DNA of 64,000 nt from Kondoa subrosea (lineage: Eukaryota). Positions 53,095 through 64,000 of the stretch are shown in pieces. How positions within the stretch are numbered: position 1 is the stretch's first letter; each line of letters begins with the position of its first letter. The notes beneath the pieces are model-generated. The model was not told the DNA's origin. It worked only from the letters and a program-made list of their open reading frames with translations, and made no database searches. Where the stretch lies: assembly GCA_039545335.1 (NCBI GenBank), contig BCIN01000001.1, forward strand, positions 248,001 to 312,000. Direction: 5' to 3'. Both the position numbers and the translations under genes were made by a program.

Positions 53095-53502
53095 TCAATC
53101 CGACGAAGTTGCGGGTTTCGTGCCAGTTTTGTTAACTTTCTCAGCCGTCTTCTCCTGCAACTCTTTAGGTGAAGCATTGTGCTTGTCAGATTTGGCCTGT
53201 CCATATTCGTTGAGCAAGATGACAACACTTGGTCAGGATATCCAACTCACATCCTCTTCAGCTCGGGTCGGCTGGACAGCTCAATTAGCTCTATACTGAG
53301 TGCAGTACCGGCAGACTTACCTTCTCACTATCCTTAGTAGGGCTTACATCAGGCTGAGGAGTATCATTTGGCTTGGTTTGCGACCTATTGTCCAATGAAT
53401 TTGATGCGGGGTTTGTATCTCGTTCAGTTGGACCCACGAAGCTAAGCGCTTGACGACGCTTGATGATCTGGGTACTACTCTTGCTCTTAATAATGACAGC
53501 AT
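53095..53502 (-). CDS. Small hydrophilic, probably mitochondrial, hypothetical protein (~83 aa, 4 exons)
   Basis: Spliced: MLSLLRARVVPRSSSVVKRLASSQTKPND...AEEDAKSDKHNASPKELQEKTAEKV...SSD*. Three canonical introns keep the frame. Confidence 0.6.
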
Positions 53503-53606
53503 GATTTCACAAGTTGGAAGTGACAGTTCGGGACAAGGGGAGAGACATAGACAAGAGTAAAAGCTAGCATGGATGCAGTATGTACAAGCGTATAGATTCA
53601 GAAAAC

Positions 53607-54712
53607 CTAGTGCATTAATGACACTTCTCTGACCTCAGTACTGACGATTTCCTTGCATTGAATCTGATGCGGCGGAACAATCTGACCCGAATGCGTGACG
53701 AAAACAGTCCTGTCTGTAACATAGACGGATCAGTTACTGCGATCGCTTCAAGTCTCTAGACAAAACTCACAAATCACTTGAGAGCTGTCTCGTCCATTCA
53801 AATCGACTTCGTCTCGTCTAATCAAAGCGATAGATCTTTCAGCTAAATCTTGATGGGAGCACATCTTCAAGAAGAAGTTCGCCGGGTGAGTGGCGGCCAG
53901 ACGAGCACATTGACGTTCAGCTTCAGAGAAGGAGGCCCGCAAATGAGGTTGACAGAATTTGCTCGCTACAGCCCCGTACCGCTCGAAAAGAAGATCAATG
54001 CTCTCGGCTACCTGTAGTCCTTCTGGCGATTGGTATTGCTTCTCAATTTCACTCATAACCTGCTGCAGCGGCACTTTCTGTTTGATGCGTCGTAATAGAT
54101 AGACAAGGTGTTGGCAGAATACCAAAGCTTTCCGAGCCTGTTGCACGATTTCAGGCGCAGTCTGGGGTGAGGGGGAAGTAGACCAGGTAAAAATCGCGGC
54201 TGCCACGTCTAGATCGACGATAGCGAGATAAAGGGTCTGGTCAAAGTCTTGACGACCAATAGCAGGCCAGAAGAGAGAACGTTTAGCTGTAGACAAGATG
54301 ACCCTTAGCTTATACTTTGATAACGTGGTAAATGATATACCATGTTCGAACCCCTGTACTTCTGCCAACTCGATGCGTCCTTCTTCAGCTAACATGGCCT
54401 GCATCGTCTCATGCGAAGGTAAGTCATAGTGTTTTCCAGTTGCGGGATTGACAAGACCAATATGGTCGGGATGAGAGTGGACCACATGAAGATTTTTATC
54501 TTCAGCCAGCTTACTGGCGTGGTCGTGCAGAGCCTTGACTGTTCGGAACAAAGGGAGTCAGTATACAGCTCTCCTTGGGGCAGGAAGAGCTCTAAGACTC
54601 ACTGTGATCCCAAGGCTGAGCGCTCACGAAACCGTTTACTGTCGGAGAAAGAAGCATTGGAAATCAGGACAGGGCCAAGGTCTGTTAGAATTGGTAACGT
54701 ACGGGCAGACAT
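53607..54712 (-). CDS. Hypothetical protein (~320 aa) with an N-proximal HSHPDH motif
   Basis: ATG at 54712, two short 5' exons (MSALNGFVSAQPWDHIKALHDH..), a long exon in the 53748-54551 frame, last exon ending at 53607. Confidence 0.6.
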
Positions 54713-55435
54713 GTTTCGTATGAATTCGGCGTATATGCTAGGTTGGATTGAAGATTTGGACGTAGTATCTGGTGGTTGGGAGGAAGGAGTCAAGCTATTC
54801 GACGAGGAGAAAGATGCGTCTAAAATGAACACCTCGTTTCATTCAAACTCCAATCCTTTGTCCGATTTCTGTCAAGTGTAGAGAGGTTGTATATAGGATC
54901 GCGAGGGCAGAAGATATCCAAATGGCCTTGAAGCAGATTAGCCGCAATACCATACAGTCTGCCAAAAAAAAAACACCTCGAAACAAGATCGCAAGGAAGC
55001 GCGGGCAAGGACGATTCGAACAAGTACAACAGGAGATACGGAAGCAAGAAGAGAACGAGAACGGAAACAAGCTTCGAGACAAGCTCGACTCTGGCACTTT
55101 ATTAGTGCAGAGACCAATTATCATGATATTCTGTAAACTCAAAAGAGAAGCAACTGTCACACAAGTCACGAAGAGCGACGCAATGATGCAAGATGGTGAA
55201 AGAGGAAGACCACAAGATCTCTGCAGAGAAGCGAAGTCGCCACCACGCTGTGTGTCGAGGCTCGCGACGTTGAGTCGACCTGTCACGTATTTCTCGCTTG
55301 CCTGATACCGTGATTAGACTTTAGTAAAGCTACCTTAATACCCTAGACGTACCACAGAGAGCAGAGAGATCAGCAAGACCGCTCTTGACAAGCTTTCCTT
55401 CGAACCGAATTCAAGCAAAAGAAATCATAAGACTA

Positions 55436-57051
<1,616 letters not shown>

Positions 57052-57210
57052 TTGTGTACAAGAATACAAAAGTCGTCAAAAAAGCATCTACAAGGGGCAG
57101 TCATTCAAAGGGGGTTTTAGTTGTCCTTAATGCAAGAATCCTTCTTTTTATGATGTTCTACGCTACAAATACAGTTCCTTCTTCTCCTCTTCCTCTCGTA
57201 CGATCTTTAT

Positions 57211-57740
57211 CTATGCTTTCTTGAAATATGGTAAGAGTCTTTTGAGCTTTGAAGTTTGCCAACCCTTTGCGTATGTCGTCAATCCCTTGGCATTCAGTCT
57301 GACCAGCTTATCAGCTCGTGCTACGAAAGAAGAAAGGGAAGATTACCTCGATTGAGATAGTGCAGCGTTGAGATGCTGTTTTCCCGCTAAAGCAATCAAA
57401 AGGCTTAGATGTGAGGAAACAAGAAAACTGCTGTGGCATACCGTGTTTCTAGGACACACAATCAGCTTTCATTGAGACTCAAGATTTAGACATTTACTCA
57501 CTCGCTTGAATTTACCAGACGCTATTGCACTCCATCGTTTCGCTGTACCCTGATGTGTTTTCCTGTGTTGATAGAAATACGCTCAATCAGCCTCAGCCAG
57601 ATGACAGCGTTCTGTCTCTCGCACATCTTTATCGTCGGCCTAACTTTGCCATAAATCTCCCTCGCTGTTGTACTTGAGAAGCTCTGGGCTTGTAAGACTG
57701 TTCTCCTGGCTAAGACGAATCTTAAAGTAGGCAAGATCAT
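57211..57740 (-). CDS. Mitochondrial ribosomal protein bL35m
   Basis: Presequence, then spliced KMKTHQGTAKRWSAIASGKFKR-KHAGKQHLN...KLKRLLPYF, which matches the L35 signature. Confidence 0.85.
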
Positions 57741-57800
57741 CCTTTGAATCGAAAACATCTTGCTTGCTTTCGAACAAGCGACTCAAACTCAACACAAGCA

Positions 57801-58776
57801 ATGCAGTTTGACTTGTCCCAGTTATCTGATTATCGTGAAGAGACTCCTTGTCCTGCTCCTCCTACTTCTGCTCAAACACAACCCCAGCAACAAGGCATGA
57901 ATCGCTTCAAACAAACTCAGAGTCGTGGGTTTCGATCTCAAGGTGCTGCTGCTGGTCAGAGCATGGGCGAAATGAATACCGCAGAACGTGTGTTTTACTG
58001 CCTGCATGAGATGCCCAGCTGATAGATGGGTCAAAGCTGTTGTTCCTACTAAACGAGCTGCTTCGAGTTCCACTACTTCTTCTTCCTCCGCTGGCCCAGC
58101 TAAGAAATCCAAAGAGGTAAGGAGCTTTTCCTGGACTGGTTACGCGTCTTCTTCACGCTTGATCTTATGAGTAGGATAATCATGGCGATGTCATTCCAGG
58201 AGTAGTAGATGATTCTGCTCTGTATTCACCTCGTTCTGCTACCGCTGGTTTGGATCCTTTCATTGGTGCAGGAGGATTTTCCGAGTCCGATGATCCAATT
58301 ATTACTGCGGTTGGTGATACTCAAACTTTGCATGCTTCCGAACAAGGATCAATGAGTGGAAATGGTGAGGATGGCGGAAGAGAAGAAGAAGAAGAAAAAG
58401 GTGAGGATGCTGGTATTTATGATAAGTGGAAGAACGTAAGTCATGAAGAATGGGTAAAAGGTGGTCAGGTGAGTCATCTTCTTGACTATCAATACCAGAA
58501 GATGCCGATTCGGTGCACTAGGATATTCTCGCTCGTCTGACTGCTTTGCAGGCTGAATTTGTTCAATTGCAACTGTAAGTGATCTACCTTCCATACGCGA
58601 TGAACGTGTTTGGAGTCAGGTCATCTTACAGGGATTCGGTTGCCAAGAATGAAGATCTTCTGCAACATCTCGATACTCGCATTGATGGTCAGAAGATAGA
58701 AGCCGAGAAAGTCAAGCAGACCGAGATCAATCTTTCCAACCACTTTCAGTCTATCTTTGGTCCTCTCGGTCTCTAG
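57801..58776 (+). CDS. Hypothetical protein with a C-terminal coiled coil (weakly Ecm11-like)
   Basis: Low-complexity N-terminus, then YDKWKNVSHEEWVKGG followed by a heptad-like helix; canonical introns. Confidence 0.5.
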
Positions 58777-59093
58777 ATCTCGAAATTCCAGCACTTCTCA
58801 CACCTTTGCATCAGCATACCTTTTCAATCCACTCGACAATCTCTTCATGCTTTATGCCCATTTCTCATTCGACTTGATCAGCCTTTTTACCATTTGATGA
58901 TATTGACTCCTCTGACATAGTGCTCACCATTTGATGATAATGCATTGCCCTCACATGGCCTTGACACGACTTACTTAGGTTGCCTTGACGTGACGCATAA
59001 TTTCGGCAATTCGAGCTCGTCACGAAACAGCGAACTCACAAAGATACCAGAGATTGATGCTATAACCCTAAAGCTTGTAGATTGGTCTATACC

Positions 59094-60563
59094 ATGCTCT
59101 CCTCTGCACCTGCTCTCATATCGAGACGGCACGTCTGCTTGAGTGCGAACTTTCAACAACTTCGTACATTAGCAACAGAAGCTTCTCATGTGCCTTTACC
59201 TCGCACACCTCCCTTACCTGCTCTACCTTCTTCCTTTTCTTCCTCTTTTGGTCGGAATCAATTGCACCCTACAGTAACACCAGAAGTAGACAAAGAACTC
59301 CAATGCATTTTATCTGAATTCAAAGCTCCAATTCGTTATGCAGTAGCTTACGGTTCCGGTGTACTCAAACAAGCAGGTTACTCAGATGATGCGAAAGCTC
59401 CAAAACCAATGTTGGATTTCTTGTTTGGTGTCACTCATCCTTCTCATTGGCATGATATCAACATGGCAAATAACAATCAACATAGACACCATTATTCTTG
59501 GTTAGCTCAATTGTTGGGTAGTAGTATAGTTAGTTGGATTGGAGTTAAACTCGGTGCTGGATTTTGGTTTAATGTTGAATGTCTTGTTAAAGGTCGAGTG
59601 CGTTTTATGAATCTCTCTTGAAGAATTGAGTTGAAAGCTGATGATTCGTGTAAGGATAGGTTATTAAATACGGCATCGTTTCAATAGACGCCCTATGTTC
59701 AGATTTATACGAATGGGAAACCCTTTATGCAGCAGGTCGACTTCAAAAACCAGTTAAAGTCTTACGTGACGACGCAAGAGTTCGATTAGCTTGTCAAGTC
59801 AACTTAACTTCCGCTTTAAGAACTTCTCTACTTCTCTTACCATCTCAATTTACCGAAAGAGAATTATACGAAACCATTACGAGTTTAAGTTATAGAGGGG
59901 ATGTTAGAATGAAATATGCTGAGAATCCTGAGAAAGTCAAGAATATTGTTCAAGGTCAATATGACTTGTTCAAGAAATTATACTCGCCTATCATCAACAG
60001 TTCGGAATTTGGTTCGATATTGTCTATTGGTCAAAATGGAATACATCAAGATCAGAACCCGATAATCAAAGGAGAGATAGCTAGGAAATTGCCTAGTGGA
60101 TTAAAGAATAGAATCAGAAACCATTATGGGAGACTAAGATTGGACGAAGAAGCTGAAGCATCAGTGGAAGACCGAGTTCTGCTAGAAGGTCGAGCGATTG
60201 ACGGAGAAGCGGAAGCGAAGCATATAGCCACAGAAGGAGGTGCTCCTACAAGAGAAATGGATAGCACAGATGCAGAAAAGCGAGAAGTAGAAAAGCAAAA
60301 CGCTCTGCAACGGAAAAGAGAAATACTTCTCGAGCAAGCAACGTGGTCGAACATCGTTCAACAGCCAGATTTCAACGATTCTATAGTATCAGGTCAGTTT
60401 TCTTTGCGCCAGAGCCCAAATTCAAGTAAATCCGGAAATAGGTCTGCAAGGGATAGTCGCAAAACCAGCAGCCCGACAGAGTTTGAAAGGTATAATCAGT
60501 GTTGGACCGTCGAAAGGTGTACGTTATGTATGGCCGAAGGTGAAGAAAAGGTTTGGTCTGTGA
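59094..60563 (+). CDS. TAM41: Mitochondrial phosphatidate cytidylyltransferase (Mmp37)
   Basis: APIRYAVAYGSGV, DFLFGVT..WH..N..HYS, IKYG, WETLYAAGRLQKPV, SYRGDVRM and ENPEKVKNIV. Confidence 0.95.
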
Positions 60564-60803
60564 AAGGTACATGCGTAGCAAGGGGAGAAGGATTTAACTT
60601 CTTTGCAGATACCAGAGCATACAGATATAGAGCATAATGTACGTGTGAACGAAGAGCACATTCAAATTGAAGCATTGACCAACAAGCAGCAATCTAATAT
60701 GTGTGGTATTGCAGAGTATAGATATAAGAGATGCACGACAATCTGGTGCGGAAACGTAAGCGATTGACTGTGTAAAGTGGGAAGTAGCCTACCTGTAACT
60801 ACC

Positions 60804-61672
60804 CTATCGCTTGCCGCCTGAAGATTTTCGCCCGGAAGCTCGATCCCTTTGCTTCTGCTTGAGATATCCTTTTCCACCAGACGCTCCACGAGTCTGTACT
60901 TCGCCATACTTCTTCTTTGTGTAGCTCTGTGCGCAATGTATCAGTAAACATGAAAGCTTGAAACGGTGCCAACTTACCTTGACCTGATTATCTTCGACAA
61001 GCGCTTCGACAAAGGAGCGCTTCTTGCCAGCTTTCCCAGGTCCTCTTGCTTCGGTCGAAGCAGGATGATTGCTAGGTATAATATGTCCCATCTGTCAATT
61101 GCCCACGAGCCAGATGAGTCGAAGGATTGAGCTACATCTCTTGCAGAACTGACCTGGAAGAACTCTGGCAGCTTTCCCGCATTCTTCTTTGCCTCTCCTT
61201 TCAAGAATCGTTTTCTATCAATTGCCGCACTCAATTTCAAAGCTGCTATCTCCCTCTTGAGTTCGGCCGATGGCTCTGCAGGTGCGGCAGGGAGATCAAA
61301 CCATTTGCTACCTGCAGTCTTGACTTGGGAAGCTTTCCTAGATGCTTTGGATAGCTTTTTTCGAGGCAATTGACCAAACCGATCATTGATGAAATGTGAA
61401 GGTAAAACAGAAGAAGTAGTAGAAGAAGTAGTAGAAGTGGAAGGTTGATCTATTTGAGTATCGGGCACTTGACCTGAATCGTCCAAAAGAATCACTTGAT
61501 TCTGATTCGATAACTCATCCGTCACTGCTGTTGCTCGAGATTTTCCTTTAGCTCTTGCACTCGCTAAAGCTGCTTGCAAGAGATCGTCTAGGTCATCGCT
61601 TTCTGATTCAGATGAGGAAGAACCGCTTGAGGAGGAGCGGCTGCTGCTGGAATAGCTCGATGAGGCCGACAT
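60804..61672 (-). CDS. FCF2: rRNA-processing protein Fcf2
   Basis: TAGSKWFDLP, ELKREIAALKL..ID.KRF.K, LPEFFQMG.II, KKRSFVEALV and YTKKKYGEVQ. Confidence 0.88.
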
Positions 61673-62066
61673 GGTTGAAGTGAAAAGAAAGTCAGGTTAG
61701 TTCTTGACAGCGAGTCTGATATCCGCTGCCACTGCAACAGTACAACAAGCTGCTCCTCAAGATCCTTTGCGAATCCTAACCTATTCGCTTTGAATTCTGC
61801 GGTGCAAGCAAATCACCGCGATTGCTTGAAATTGAGATAGACTTGCTTGAACCAAACCTATTTCTCTCTGAGCATTCTTCTTCTTCTACGCTTCGTTGAT
61901 ACTTTGCTGCTAGTAAGACTGCAAAGAGCATAATATTGAAGGCAGCTTGAATCCCTTTGTGCATCTAAAGAGCTAGCTCGAATGTCTCCTCTTTCTTCCT
62001 GGCTTTCCAATATACAGCTACTACTCCGTTTCTCTCTTGTTGTCATCCGCTCTCTTTTGCCTCCCA

Positions 62067-62547
62067 ATGTCAATCACTGAAGCGCATTTGTTAGCCGAAG
62101 ACCATCATGCCAAGGAAGGTGTTTTGCATCCTTACGTCCACGTCTTTGGTCAGTCTCTTCTTGACCGTATATACTATATGAAGCTTATCAGGTCGAGAGC
62201 TAGATGTGATGGACGCTAAGGCATACGAAACTCGTCGACTTGAATTAGCTCATGAAGATGCTATCAACCGAGCCGTCAAACTTCATCATCTTTTTGATTT
62301 AGTAAAAGATAAGACAAGTAGTAAAGAGATGGAAGATTTGCATCAGCAGGTGAAGGAAGCTTCGAAGTTGTATGCTCAATCACATCCAGGTCAGTTAGGA
62401 ATTACTTCTGCTTCGAATTTCTAGCTGATCTTGAGGTCACTGATAGATCCATTGCAATCGGAAGAAGTGCTGAAAGCTTTCCATGACAAAACCCTTCAGC
62501 TTCGAGAACAAAGCAAAGGAGGCGAAGAGGGACAAATTGGTACATGA
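62067..62547 (+). CDS. Small helical hypothetical protein (3 exons)
   Basis: MSITEAHLLAEDHHAKEG...AYETRRLELAHEDAINRAVKLHHLF...GEEGQIGT*; two GT-AG introns preserve the frame. Confidence 0.55.
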
Positions 62548-62944
62548 AGAAAGGGACACGGAGTACTACGCGTTGCATTGGATGAATTACAGATCTCAAG
62601 CGGCAAGACGTGGATGGGATTGATAAGCCATGCAATGCAATGCTACATTCATGCGGTTCCAGCGTTTTACCTTTAAACGCCAATGAGATGGCAACAGTCC
62701 GCCTGCAGTATTGAGCGCGTCTGTACAAGTTTCACTTCCTGCAGAGCGAAGTGGACAGAGAATCCAAACAAATGACGGAATCCCGTCTTCGCGCTGACTC
62801 GGTAAAAATTTCTTTATCTCCCTTTGCTTGGTACTGCCTTATTGTTTCTTCTCGCTCCTTTTCTTAGACTCCTTGTGCGATCTTCCTGTACACTCTCTGT
62901 TCCGTTTCTCTTGTGCTTCTTTATACATTCGATAAGAAGAAATC

Positions 62945-64000
62945 ATGAAGGGAGATCAGTTTGCAATAGACGAAGCAGCGCTCAAGATTACTCTGCATGA
63001 GAATCCACCTGCGCCATTGAAAATCGCTCAGCCGTATGTCGCTAGAGATTTTGCAGGAGGAAACAGGAGAGCTTACCTTGACTCACTTCAAGTGGACTGA
63101 AGACTTTCACTCCTCATATGCTTCGACTCGATTGGGATTCAATCACTGGTTGGTCTGCTCCGTATATAGAAGCACGACAGAAGATCGCTCTCGATCCTGC
63201 TGCTTCAGTTTTCCACTATGGTTCCAGTTGCTTCGAGGGAATGAAAGCGTACAAAGGAGCAGATGGTAGAACGCGTCTCTTTCGACCTAAAGACAATATG
63301 ACTCGCTTCAATCGCTCTTGCGCACGGCTCTGTCTACCTTCTTTCGATTCCGATGTACTTGTGCGCCTTATTGCAAAGTTGGTAGCGATTGAAGCTACTT
63401 GGATCCCTTCGGAGTTAGTCCTTTGCGCTTGAGATGAGACATTTTTGACCTGGCATGATGAGTAGTTACGGAACTTCCCTCTATATTCGACCCACTATGA
63501 TCGGTACTGGCGACTCTTTAGGTATTCACAAAGCAACGGGAGCAACACTCTTCGTCATCTGCGCACCTATGTTCTCCTACTTCGCCAAGAACACAAACCC
63601 AGCACCAGAAATGAACTCTCTGCAAGAACAAGATCCTGACCCAGAATGGCCTGCTATGCCGATTGGTCTTCATGCATCGATGGCAGCTGTCAGATCCTGG
63701 CCTGGCGGAGTTGGTTCATACAAGCTCGGGGGGAATTATGGCCCGACACTCAAACATATTGCACAGTACGCAAATCCGTATTCTTGATTTGCCAAGCTCA
63801 TTGCTGGCTTAGTGTTGCGAAAGATGGTTATGCGCATAATCTGTGGCTTTTCGAAGAGGGCCAGTTGACAGAGTGCGGAGGTGAATTGATATTCTGGTGA
63901 AGTGAGACACGCATTGACAGCATCTTATAGGCATGAATCTATTCGTTCTCTTCAAACGAGGCGAAACTTATGAACTAGCAACACCTTCGCTGGACGATGG
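62945..64000 (+). CDS. BAT1: Branched-chain amino acid aminotransferase; 3' end outside window
   Basis: FHYGSSCFEGMKAY, LFRPKDNMTRF, SLYIRPTMIG, PLP-binding Lys in GSYKLGGNYG, and TECGGMNLF. Confidence 0.93.

Noticed and set aside
57522..57758. Track ORF with KVRPTIKMC, suggesting ribosomal L36
   Set aside because: The Cys comes from intron read-through; splicing gives the L35 motif KMKTHQGTAKRW.
58876..58900. GCCTTTTTAC, resembling U5 snRNA loop 1
   Set aside because: It has five T rather than the invariant GCCUUUUAC, a weak closing stem and no Sm site; it lies in a probable 3' UTR.
58889..58939. 14-bp direct repeat ACCATTTGATGATA (two copies) with C-box-like TGATGA
   Set aside because: Two copies only, with no convincing C/D spacing or terminal stem; neither a CRISPR array nor a supportable snoRNA.
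59063..59071. TAACCCTAA, like a telomere repeat or telomerase template
   Set aside because: A single 1.5-repeat match in the TAM41 leader, compatible with chance; no other supporting elements.

Overview
Gene-dense, intron-rich eukaryotic DNA. The many short (~50-60 nt) GT-AG introns, micro-exons and protein content point to a basidiomycete fungus or yeast; this placement is inferred, not confirmed. About 32 spliced genes can be read, so the ORF track shows only exon fragments. Most are housekeeping: glycogen debranching enzyme (5'-truncated), mitochondrial GatA, COA6, importin-9, RNF10/Mag2, TAF2 fused to three bromodomains, URM1, a Pol X, V-ATPase B, a TRI12-like MFS pump, PDX3, PP2A catalytic subunit, mitochondrial L35, TAM41, FCF2 and a branched-chain aminotransferase (3'-truncated). 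Two accessory loci stand out. (i) An amide-chemistry block: two tail-to-tail paralogous amidases plus a divergently transcribed bacterial-type AsnB-like amidotransferase. (ii) A spliced orphan, invisible in the ORF track, encoding a class-II-like nucleotidyltransferase (AGG...DLD...QII...FD), possibly decaying, convergent with a small acidic orphan. No tRNA, rRNA, CRISPR array or recognisable transposon was seen. All exon structures were spliced by eye and are approximate.
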